Shown here piece by piece: positions 1 to 8,151 of a DNA stretch of 64,000 bases (the stretch's first letter is position 1; every line of letters starts with the position of its first letter). The notes below the pieces were generated by a model. The model was given only the letters and a program-made list of their open reading frames with translations. It was not told the DNA's origin and did not search any database. A program made the translations under genes and the position numbers. Origin of the DNA: Leptolyngbyaceae cyanobacterium (GTDB lineage: Bacteria > Cyanobacteriota > Cyanobacteriia > Phormidesmidales > Phormidesmidaceae); the NCBI GenBank assembly GCA_965263355.1, contig CBDHHL010000032.1, forward strand, positions 704,001 through 768,000, in the 5' to 3' direction.

Positions 1-588
1 TTACCTAAATTATGGTTTAGTCCATCCAAACTATTGCGCCTAGGGTCAGCTAACTGGGTGGACTCTCCTCTCCCCCTGGCCATGGCAGGTGGCGATCCCT
101 ATATTCGGGCTTTGATGAGAACAATTTCGGCTAGTGAGTCCAATATGGATAAGCCGTATCATTTGCTTTACGGCGGTCAGACGATTAAGGAACTGAATCA
201 ACATCCTGATACGTGTATAACGATTGAAACAGGGCCAAATCTGGGGGATTGTACAACAGCCGCTGGTCGTTATCAGTTTTTGACAACTACCTGGCAGGCA
301 AAGGCTCAAAAGTATCATCCTAATCCACCCGGTTGGTTGGAATTTTGGCAAGTTTACGATTTTGCCCCTGAAGCCCAGGATATTGTTGTCTATCGTTGGC
401 TATTGGATTCAGATGCTTGGGGAACGGATATTAGCCAGCAGTTGCAAAATGGAGAAATCACCCAGGTGTTGGAACTACTATCAGGCACTTGGACCAGTCT
501 AGGGTACGGTATTGAGACAAATTCCATGTCGAGCCAACTGACTCGCATCTACAGCGAAATGTTGCAGGAAGAACTGGCAACACCCTAA
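1..588 (+). CDS. Lambda-lysozyme-like muramidase (GH24/GH104), 5' end outside window
   Basis: Frame is open from base 1 (LPKLWFSPSKLLRLG...). Motifs RALMRTISASE (catalytic Glu), TAAGRYQFL-TTW, DFAPEAQD and WTSL are typical of lambda-type muramidases. Confidence 0.85.
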   Translation, partial: LPKLWFSPSKLLRLGSANWVDSPLPLAMAGGDPYIRALMRTISASESNMDKPYHLLYGGQTIKELNQHPDTCITIETGPNLGDCTTAAGRYQFLTTTWQAKAQKYHPNPPGWLEFWQVYDFAPEAQDIVVYRWLLDSDAWGTDISQQLQNGEITQVLELLSGTWTSLGYGIETNSMSSQLTRIYSEMLQEELATP

Positions 589-615
589 CCGTTTCAAGCG
601 GCCTTGGCCTCAAGT

Positions 616-1689
616 CTAGACAGTGGAGAGTCGATGGTTGAGGGTGGTTGCGATCGCCTCCCTAACCTGTTCACGTTTCCTATGCACCTGCCCCGTTTCC
701 AAAAGAAGTTGGGCCTTTTGAAAACCATCAGATAAGTTAGGCACATCTCCTGAACGCCAAAGATAGAAGCCACCATTCCAAATAGCAGAACGGGTCAACT
801 CTGTAGTTTCTCCATGACTTGCCTGCTCTAATAACCGGTCAAAATTTTCCTCCAGACTTGGATCTTGCCCCTCAAATCCATAATCCCTTGGATGAAGTAG
901 TAAGCGATCAAACACAGGTTTACCATCACTTAGAGTCCCCATTCCTATAATCGCCGTACGACTACGGGGTAAATCGCAACTTCCTTCTAACCCCTTAACC
1001 GTTGTAAATTCAGTAGTATGGCGCAGTTGATAGGTTTCTTGCGTACGGGTTTCCGTAGGCGGATGCACAAAACTACTGACAATATGTTTGGGACCATCAC
1101 AGGGGGCCCACATGAGTTCCACCGTAGCTAGGGTAGGGCGTTTACCAATTTGTTCTCGGTAAGGCACTAACCCATGGGCCGCTGGAAAATGTTGGGGAAG
1201 ATATACAAATCCTATATAAGTCAGGTTAAATACTTGCTGGGTTTGTTCGAGGGTGAGCGACTGCCATGCAACACCTAACATTTGCCAAACATCAACTAGG
1301 GGTAGCCCCATCTTTGTGGGCATACGCTCTCCACCATGCAAAATAACAGGAACCCCAGCAGCGGCTAGAATTAGCGCCGTAATCGGGGTAACTGGTGCAT
1401 TACGCTGACGACCATCGTAGGGATTATTAAGCACCATAGTTCGATAGCCAGTCTGGGGTACGGTTAATTTCCCTCCCATTTGCTCATAGCAATCTAACAT
1501 TCCAGCCAGTTCTAGAATTGTCGGACGCTTAATTCGCTGAGCAATCATAAAAGCACCTATTTGCGCAGGCGTGGCTGTTTGCTCTAGCATCATTCGAGTC
1601 GCAAGAGCTGATTCTGCCCGACTAAGATGCTTAGACGTATGGGTGCCGCTACCGACTTTTTTCAAGAGTTCACGAAAAGCGCTGCTCAT
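616..1689 (-). CDS. cnaT: Anthranilate phosphoribosyltransferase-like (TrpD/YbiB family) protein CnaT of the nitrate-assimilation cluster
   Basis: ATPAQIGAFMIAQRIKRP, PYDGR and KGLEGSCDLP motifs; lies directly downstream of ntcB as in the Anabaena nir cluster. Confidence 0.8.
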   Translation of the reverse strand: MSSAFRELLKKVGSGTHTSKHLSRAESALATRMMLEQTATPAQIGAFMIAQRIKRPTILELAGMLDCYEQMGGKLTVPQTGYRTMVLNNPYDGRQRNAPVTPITALILAAAGVPVILHGGERMPTKMGLPLVDVWQMLGVAWQSLTLEQTQQVFNLTYIGFVYLPQHFPAAHGLVPYREQIGKRPTLATVELMWAPCDGPKHIVSSFVHPPTETRTQETYQLRHTTEFTTVKGLEGSCDLPRSRTAIIGMGTLSDGKPVFDRLLLHPRDYGFEGQDPSLEENFDRLLEQASHGETTELTRSAIWNGGFYLWRSGDVPNLSDGFQKAQLLLETGQVHRKREQVREAIATTLNHRLSTV

Positions 1690-1771
1690 AATAAGACTGG
1701 GGATAAAATGAGGTGCTGGGGTGATGTGCCCGGTCTAGATTTGAACTTAGGTTGAACTTAAAGCAAGCCTT

Positions 1772-2704
1772 CTAATTTAAACTCATCAGACTTGGCAAGT
1801 CGTTGAGCTTGCTAAAGCTAGCATCGGCTAGACGCTGTACGAGATCGCAAAATTGTCGCACAGGTGGTAAGCGCAGACGATCTTGCGTCGTTACCATAAC
1901 CACTTGACGAGTAAGAATAGGCGCAGTTGTACTGCGCACAGCTAAATCAGGATCGCGACGACTCTCTGCCAGAGCAGACTGGGGCAATAAAGCAATCATT
2001 TTGCCTTGACGCACTACACCCCGAAAGGCGTCAAGGGTATTGAGTTCTAAGGCCATTTTTAATTCTGTTTCAGGCACCTGAGATTGAACCAGTCTCTGCA
2101 TACCATAACCATCTTTAAAGACCACATGGGGATAGCGGGCAATTTCAGCCCAAGGTGCGGGACTATAGCTTGCTAAAGGATGATCAGCAGCCATCAGGAC
2201 TTCTACATGATCCTCATAGAGGGGAGTAACCGCCATCTCTTGAGAATTAGTCAGCATCGGATTATGCATCACAATGGCAATATCAACGAGACCATCGCGT
2301 AATACTTTGAGTGATCGATCACTACCCAATGCCGTAACCCGCAGCTGCACCTTGGGATAACGTTGACAAAATTGGGTAATGATCGGGGGCAAAAAATGAG
2401 AACACACTGATTGAATCCCCGCCACACAGAGTTCCGGCTGTCGTCCCTCTAATAAATCGGTAATTTCGCTGGTAGCTTGCTTCCATTCCTGACAAATACG
2501 CCGTGCTCTGGGTAATAACCGTTCTCCTCCAATCGTGAGCTTAGCCTGAGCCGTACGATGAAACAGGGGCATACCCAAGTCATCTTCAAGGCTGCGAATT
2601 TGTCGACTCACCGTCGATTGGGTAATACCGCACCGTCGAGCGGCTGCTTGAAAGCTACCTGTCTCGGCAATGGCTAGGAATGCTTGTAGCTGCTCTATAC
2701 GCAT
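1772..2704 (-). CDS. ntcB: LysR-family nitrate assimilation activator NtcB
   Basis: N-terminal LysR HTH (MRIEQLQAFLAIAETGSFQAAARRCGITQSTVSRQI), LGSDRSLKVLRDG motif, location in the nir cluster. Confidence 0.92.
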   Translation of the reverse strand: MRIEQLQAFLAIAETGSFQAAARRCGITQSTVSRQIRSLEDDLGMPLFHRTAQAKLTIGGERLLPRARRICQEWKQATSEITDLLEGRQPELCVAGIQSVCSHFLPPIITQFCQRYPKVQLRVTALGSDRSLKVLRDGLVDIAIVMHNPMLTNSQEMAVTPLYEDHVEVLMAADHPLASYSPAPWAEIARYPHVVFKDGYGMQRLVQSQVPETELKMALELNTLDAFRGVVRQGKMIALLPQSALAESRRDPDLAVRSTTAPILTRQVVMVTTQDRLRLPPVRQFCDLVQRLADASFSKLNDLPSLMSLN

Positions 2705-2775
2705 GGGTTGACGGAGAATAACGGAGGCTAGGTCTAGATACAGAAAACGCTTTTTGGCGAAACTGTTTACCTAAC

Positions 2776-2817
2776 ACTCTAGGGAGCATCACCATCAGAT
2801 TTGGTACGTCTGGCTAC
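2776..2817 (-). promoter_or_regulatory. NtcA-activated (class II) promoter of ntcB
   Basis: GTA-CGTCTGGC-TAC at 2804-2817; on the minus strand a TAN3T -10 (TAGAGT, 2781-2776) follows exactly 22 nt later. Confidence 0.75.
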
Positions 2818-3116
2818 CGGCTGCAAACCAACTAGACAAACTATTATTAAAGAATTCTGAAAAGAAATTAAATGATGATTTAAAGAATCAATATCGAAAC
2901 CATTTGATTTTTATACTGTAAATTTTCAATTTTACAAAAAATAGAGGTCAAAAATAATGATTAAAAAATAATAGAAATCACAGCTGCAATTTCTATAAAC
3001 TCCCTTTGTTAAAAGTCATTCTTACAAAGAGAATACTGACATCTATATTACATTTTAATCTTGCCTTAATTTTAACTGTTTTTGAACTTATATATTTGAT
3101 TCGCAGCTAAAGGGTT

Positions 3117-4415
3117 TTACCAAAGATTAAGGATATCGCTGGGAGAATCGCCCCCCCCACCCATATAGTCTGTCACTCGCTGCAAACTATCCTCAGGGTC
3201 TAACTGCTTTAAGGCAGCAATTGTATGAATAGGAACAGTCTCTGTCGGGTGATTGAGCAAAGGGAGTAACGCATCAAAAGCTTGAGGTTGCCTTAAATTT
3301 GCCAAGGCCATAATCACAGCCTGAATAACAGAGGTAGAAACCTTATACCCTAGCTGCTCAATTAGAACGTCAGTGGCATAAGATGCCACTGAATCGTAGC
3401 GTTGATTGCCCAGCACTCGAACGATAGTCAACTGAAGTTTGGCTTTTTCCTGACAGGTCAACACATTAGAAGGGTTGCCATTATCGCCTGCACCGTCACA
3501 GAAGTACTTTAGGGAGTGAGTCAATACCCTAAGTGCTCTATTGACAAGGGGATGGGCATCACAACACCAGCCCAAGGCTCGAACGGTATCAATACGCAAC
3601 GCCACTGGCGTATGTTCTGATAAGAGAACCCGCTGTAGATCATCAACCGTATCCTTAGCGCCTAAACGCCCTAAAGCTAGAGCAGCTTGACAACTTACAG
3701 CCAAATCAATATCCCAAAGGAGGGGCTGTAACTGCTGACTTAGCCGACATTGCTCTTGTAAATCTCGACGACGCCCTAAAGCCATGACTGCGGCCTTACG
3801 TACCGCTGCCGACAAATCCTTTAGCGCAGCTAACAAAATAGGAGTTACCTCACTACTATGAAAACTGCCAAGGGCATCGACAGCATAGTAGCGAACCATA
3901 GCATCATCATCATTGGCAATGCTAACCATGGCAGTAATTACACCACTGGAACGCACCTGATTAAGTGCTTTTGCTGCGAGTAGACGCCGCTGTGGATCCG
4001 CCAATAGATGGATTAAGACGTCAATGGCTAACGGCCCCATAGCCGCTAACGTCTCTATGGCAAATGCACTTAACTCAGCTGATTGCTCGCTAGTGCGGCT
4101 GACATAGTATGAGATATCACTATTAATCTGTGCAGCTAAGGCGGCAATTACCTCTGGTTCATCAGGGAAATTGCCTAAAGCCCGGATAGTAAACCAGTGG
4201 GTTTCGGCATCAACTGTGGGGTCCTCGAGTAACTCTAACAGGGGCAAAATGGAACTTTCACCCTCTTTAACAATAAACTTTGAGCTATTCCATTTCTGTT
4301 TAAAGTCACCCGTTTTGAAACGCTGCCAGTGATCCGCTCGATTTTGTAAGCCTGAGAATTCCACTCCATTAGCCCCCCTTGATGGCGGCATACACGCTCT
4401 CCACAGACATCTCAT
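3117..4415 (-). CDS. nirB: HEAT-repeat (phycobilin lyase-like) protein NirB; true start may be slightly downstream
   Basis: Repeated VRYYAVDALG / VRKAAVMALG / AALALGRLG HEAT-PBS motifs; divergent from nirA and upstream of ntcB. Confidence 0.72.
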   Translation of the reverse strand: MRCLWRACMPPSRGANGVEFSGLQNRADHWQRFKTGDFKQKWNSSKFIVKEGESSILPLLELLEDPTVDAETHWFTIRALGNFPDEPEVIAALAAQINSDISYYVSRTSEQSAELSAFAIETLAAMGPLAIDVLIHLLADPQRRLLAAKALNQVRSSGVITAMVSIANDDDAMVRYYAVDALGSFHSSEVTPILLAALKDLSAAVRKAAVMALGRRRDLQEQCRLSQQLQPLLWDIDLAVSCQAALALGRLGAKDTVDDLQRVLLSEHTPVALRIDTVRALGWCCDAHPLVNRALRVLTHSLKYFCDGAGDNGNPSNVLTCQEKAKLQLTIVRVLGNQRYDSVASYATDVLIEQLGYKVSTSVIQAVIMALANLRQPQAFDALLPLLNHPTETVPIHTIAALKQLDPEDSLQRVTDYMGGGGDSPSDILNLW

Positions 4416-4475
4416 CTATTATTCCGTGAAAACGATCAGCCATGGATAACGTCCATGCATAGGTTAACGTTTAAG

Positions 4476-4490
4476 ATGCAACTATTGCAT
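4476..4490. promoter_or_regulatory. NtcB-type LysR box upstream of nirB
   Basis: ATGCAACTATTGCAT = TGCA-N5-TGCA (T-N11-A dyad), about 60 nt upstream of the nirB ORF. Confidence 0.55.
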
Positions 4491-4788
4491 TGCCTATAAA
4501 CAGCCCTCAAGACTTAGCACTTGAGGGGGACAAACCACGCTTATAGCCTTCAATTCCCTTGTCAAACAACACACTGAAATTTGATATTCCAAGAGACAAA
4601 CTCTAGATGTAAATTGAACTGTCAGGTCAGTGAAGATAAAGCTTTACGACTACAGTTCACAACATTAGCCATTCCTGAAAGCCTTAGGTGGCAGCAGCTA
4701 TTGGCAGCGCAATCTATTGACTGCGTGCGATCAATTGCTGACGCTAATCAGACAATTTGCTCCACCAAAAATATATTGCATTAGTTTG

Positions 4789-4860
4789 ATGCAAAAAATG
4801 CAATATCCTTGACAAAAAGTAATCGGATATACAAAAAAATAAGATTTTTCTCAATATTCT
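4789..4860 (+). promoter_or_regulatory. nirA promoter: NtcB box, NtcA box and -10
   Basis: TGCA-AAAAA-TGCA (4790-4802), GTA-ATCGGATA-TAC (4819-4832), then TATTCT (4855-4860) 22 nt later; canonical cyanobacterial nirA promoter layout. Confidence 0.88.
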
Positions 4861-5068
4861 TTGATTAACTCGATAGCAAGCGAGCTAAATGAACTCCTGA
4901 AGCGGTTCCTTATAAGTGTGTCTAGCGGGGCAGAGCCATAGGTTCTTGGAATCTTGGACTTTTGCTCCCGTTTTTTTTGCTCTAACTAGGCCTACGAACT
5001 GCTGAAGGTTGCACCCATAGCAATTTACGCTAAAGGTGTTTTCTGTTGAATAGGTTGGGAGTGCTGCT

Positions 5069-6937
5069 GTGGTCACCGCATCCACTACTGAGAAAAAGGT
5101 AAAGCTTAATAAGTTTGAAAAATATAAGGCCGAAAAGGACGGTTTGGCAGTCAAGGATGAACTGCAAAAGTTCGCCGAGATGGGTTGGGAAGCCGTTGAT
5201 GAAACTGACTTAACCCAACGTCTCAAGTGGTTAGGTATTTTCTTCAGACCAGTAACTCCCGGTAAATTTATGCTGCGTTTGCGGATGCCCCATGGGCTGA
5301 TTTCAGCCCAGCAAATGCGGGTTCTTGCTGAAGTTGTCCAACGATATGGGGATGATGGCAGTGCCGATATTACCACCCGTCAAAATTTACAGCTGCGCGG
5401 TGTTCATTTAGAGGATATTCCCGATATTTTCTCTAGGATGCATGCTGTAAGCATGACTTCCATGCAGTCAGGGATGGATAACGTTCGCAATATTACAGGG
5501 TCACCGGTCGCTGGCATTGATGCTAATGAATTGATTGATACACGGGAGTTGGTACAAGCTGTTCAGGACATGATTACGAACAGCGGCCAGGGCAATTATG
5601 ACTTTACGAACTTACCTCGAAAGTTCAATATTGCCATTGAAGGGAGTACTGACAATTCGGTCCACGCAGAAATTAATGATATTGCCTTTGTACCTGCTTA
5701 CAAGGATAGCACCATTGGCTTCAATGTACTGGTAGGTGGATTCTTTTCCTCCACTCGCTGTGCAGCTGCTATTCCTCTAGGCGTCTGGGTTCCCCCTGAA
5801 AAGGGAGATGTGGTCGAGCTATGCCGTGCCATTCTCACGGTCTACAGGGATAACGGCTCTCGAGGTAATCGTCAAAAGACACGTTTGATGTGGCTAATTG
5901 ATGAATGGGGCATGGAAAAATTCCGAGCCGAAGTTGAGAAAAGTGTTGGTACTTCCCTGGCCATAGCAGCAACTGAAGATGCCTTAGATACTGACAAAAG
6001 AGATCACGTCGGTGTCTTTCCACAAAAGCAGGCAGGGCTTAATTACATTGGTTTACATGTTCCGGTGGGACGTTTACAGGCAGACCAAATGTTCGACTTA
6101 GCTCGTATAGCTGAAGTCTATGGTAGCGGCGATCTACGTCTTACGGTTGAGCAAAATGTCATCATTGCCAATGTACCTGACAATCGATTAGCTGCCTTTT
6201 TAGCTGAGCCTATCGTTCAGACATTTCCGATTCAACCGTCTTCCTTAGTAAGATCATTGGTGTCTTGTACGGGGGCCCAATTCTGTAATTTTGCTCTAGT
6301 GGAAACTAAGATGCAATCTTTGGCTCTGGCTCGACGCTTAGACTCAGAGTTAGACATTCCAGAACCTGTGCGCATGCATTGGACCGGATGTCCTAACTCC
6401 TGTGGTCAGCCCCAGGTGGCCCAGATTGGCATGATGGGTACCAAAGCGCGCAAAAACGGCAAAATGGTGCCTGCAGTGGATATTTACATGGGGGGTACTG
6501 TGGGGAAAGATGCCCACTTAGGTGAGCGTGTTATGCAGAAAGTTCCCTGTGACGAACTACCTGGTGTCGTACGTAAGTTACTAACTGAGAACTTTGGGGC
6601 TACGCTCAGGCCAGGTGTTGTGATTGAAGCCCCCACGGAGGCAGTGGTTAGCCAGTCAGAAACGCCTAAGGCCAAAAAGCCAGCTGTGATTATTTTTTCC
6701 AAGTCTGGTAAGGAGATCAACTGCGATGATAGTCAGTCAGTTCTTGCGATCGCAGAAGGCGCAGGTATTGATATTGAAAGCAGTTGTCAGTCCGGTTCCT
6801 GTGGTACCTGTAAGTTACCCCTGATAGAAGGCAATGTGCGCTACGAGGGTGACCCAACCGCCTTAGAGACTGGTGAGACAGGCTCAGTGCTGACCTGTAT
6901 TGCCCATCCAGAAGGCCGCTTAGTGATTGATGCATAG
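5069..6937 (+). CDS. nirA: Ferredoxin-nitrite reductase with fused C-terminal 2Fe-2S ferredoxin domain
   Basis: LNKFEKYKAEKDG, ITTRQNLQLR, NLPRKFNIA; siroheme/4Fe-4S ligands CTGAQFC and GCPNSC; C-terminal CQSGSCGTC...LTC ferredoxin signature. Confidence 0.96.
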   Translation: MVTASTTEKKVKLNKFEKYKAEKDGLAVKDELQKFAEMGWEAVDETDLTQRLKWLGIFFRPVTPGKFMLRLRMPHGLISAQQMRVLAEVVQRYGDDGSADITTRQNLQLRGVHLEDIPDIFSRMHAVSMTSMQSGMDNVRNITGSPVAGIDANELIDTRELVQAVQDMITNSGQGNYDFTNLPRKFNIAIEGSTDNSVHAEINDIAFVPAYKDSTIGFNVLVGGFFSSTRCAAAIPLGVWVPPEKGDVVELCRAILTVYRDNGSRGNRQKTRLMWLIDEWGMEKFRAEVEKSVGTSLAIAATEDALDTDKRDHVGVFPQKQAGLNYIGLHVPVGRLQADQMFDLARIAEVYGSGDLRLTVEQNVIIANVPDNRLAAFLAEPIVQTFPIQPSSLVRSLVSCTGAQFCNFALVETKMQSLALARRLDSELDIPEPVRMHWTGCPNSCGQPQVAQIGMMGTKARKNGKMVPAVDIYMGGTVGKDAHLGERVMQKVPCDELPGVVRKLLTENFGATLRPGVVIEAPTEAVVSQSETPKAKKPAVIIFSKSGKEINCDDSQSVLAIAEGAGIDIESSCQSGSCGTCKLPLIEGNVRYEGDPTALETGETGSVLTCIAHPEGRLVIDA

Positions 6938-6980
6938 CGGTCACAAAAGCATTCCGCCATTAAAAACAAGGCTTACAACT

Positions 6981-7021
6981 CTCCTCGGTAACAGTCTCTA
7001 CCGAGGAGCTTTTTGTTTTTT
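6981..7021 (+). terminator. Intrinsic terminator after nirA
   Basis: Stem CTCCTCGGTA / TACCGAGGAG with 8-nt loop, followed by CTTTTTGTTTTTT. Confidence 0.8.
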
Positions 7022-7067
7022 GAGGTGGAATTGGAGTTAGGAACAACAATACTGAAAAACCCGTCCT

Positions 7068-7133
7068 ATGCAGATAATGCATTTCACCTATGCAAGAAAA
7101 AGATTACTCCATTGATCCAGTGAGGAATGTTAC
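7068..7133 (+). promoter_or_regulatory. NtcB box and NtcA-like box upstream of the 54-aa ORF
   Basis: ATGCAGATAATGCAT (TGCA-N5-TGCA, 7069-7081) and GTG-AGGAATGT-TAC (7120-7133). Confidence 0.55.
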
Positions 7134-7190
7134 AGAAATGACCTAAGTGCCATGGGCATTATGTAGATAAATAAACCAGTTTTCTAATTG

Positions 7191-7355
7191 ATGGATAACC
7201 TGAAATCTTTGATACTACCTGCTTTCTTAGGCTTAACGGCAGGCGTTGCCCACGGCATTATTTCGCACCAAGTTGGGTTACCCATGTCTCTGACCGAGCA
7301 ATTACTCAGTCCCTTTATTGCCTCCGAAAAAGTTAGCTATTCTTTTGAAGACTAA
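7191..7355 (+). CDS. Small (54 aa) putative membrane protein, not in the ORF track
   Basis: Translated by hand: MDNLKSLILPAFLGLTAGVAHGIISHQVGLPMSLTEQLLSPFIASEKVSYSFED*. Hydrophobic N-terminal helix; preceded by NtcB/NtcA-like boxes. Confidence 0.55.
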   Translation: MDNLKSLILPAFLGLTAGVAHGIISHQVGLPMSLTEQLLSPFIASEKVSYSFED

Positions 7356-7367
7356 ATTTCGTAAACA

Positions 7368-7381
7368 GTATTGTTCGTTAC
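7368..7381. promoter_or_regulatory. NtcA consensus box upstream of the 69-aa ORF
   Basis: GTA-TTGTTCGT-TAC, 50 nt before the ATG at 7432; no canonical -10 at the 22-nt spacing. Confidence 0.45.
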
Positions 7382-7431
7382 AGAATAATTATGGGATGCT
7401 TGGACTGACGTTTTAGTTCAGGGTTATTTTT

Positions 7432-7641
7432 ATGGCTTCCCAAACCCGTATAATCTCTACCCAAACTTCTAGCCTGGATAAGGCTTTAACTGCATCTTTG
7501 GCAGCTATTGCTATGTTTATTGCTGGCTATACTGTAGTAAGAGTTTCTCTAGCTCAGCCTGCAAATACGGTTACTGAAACAAATGTAACAACTACTGTTA
7601 TCCCCCATCAGGCAGAGCTTTGGGCTGACTTTGCTGAATAG
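7432..7641 (+). CDS. Small (69 aa) single-pass membrane or secreted protein
   Basis: Hydrophobic segment ASLAAIAMFIAGYTVVRVSLA followed by a Thr-rich tail; ATG start; same strand as nirA and nrtP. Confidence 0.55.
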   Translation: MASQTRIISTQTSSLDKALTASLAAIAMFIAGYTVVRVSLAQPANTVTETNVTTTVIPHQAELWADFAE

Positions 7642-7698
7642 GAATTCAGTACGTAGCAGGGTATATAAATGCTATGTATCCGTTGTCTTTTCAGGCGA

Positions 7699-7760
7699 AT
7701 TCCAATAAATAAGGAGCGGATTGAGAGCATGCTCTCAATCCGCTCCTTATTTATTGGAAT
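7699..7760. repeat. Perfect 62-bp palindrome with no spacer
   Basis: ATTCCAATAAATAAGGAGCGGATTGAGAGCA|TGCTCTCAATCCGCTCCTTATTTATTGGAAT, two 31-bp arms. Confidence 0.95.
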
Positions 7761-7822
7761 ATTCATAGGGTTCTCAAAACTTAGGTACCTAGACTCTTTG
7801 AATGCAAGAATCGAATTTGAAC

Positions 7823-7894
7823 ATGCAAAAACAGAATCAACCAGTGATAACAGTATCAAACAATACTTTTCTGCTTTTTGCTCATCGATAAAGT
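7823..7894 (+). promoter_or_regulatory. nrtP promoter: degenerate NtcB box, NtcA box and -10
   Basis: ATGCAAAAACAGAAT (7823-7837) at the same 29-nt offset as at nirA; GTA-TCAAACAA-TAC (7853-7866); TAAAGT (7889-7894) 22 nt later. Confidence 0.8.
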
Positions 7895-8151
7895 TACTCC
7901 ATAGTGAGTTTACCTAACATTGCTTGTTTAGTTGTCTCTTATGAAACAAGCTTTCCAGGTATCGCCTGATATTGGTTTTACCTCGGAGGCATTCATTTGA
8001 GTGTCTAATCGCATGTTTGCTCACTATTGAAACTATTCACCATGTTGTTGGGTTCCGGTTGTGAACCTCAATGAGTGAGTTACCTAAAGCTTGATTTTCA
8101 ATCGAACTTTAGGACATAGAGAGTGTTTGTCTGTTTATGGGAATAGCATAG

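Noticed and set aside
4581..5376. ORFs 4581-4784 (+) and 4885-5376 (-)
   Set aside because: They lie in the nirA promoter region or antisense to nirA and show no protein motifs.
7608..7917. ORFs 7608-7859 (-) and 7669-7917 (+) sharing the peptide IPINKERIESMLSIRSLFIGI
   Set aside because: The shared peptide is a by-product of the perfect palindrome, and both ORFs run over the nrtP promoter.
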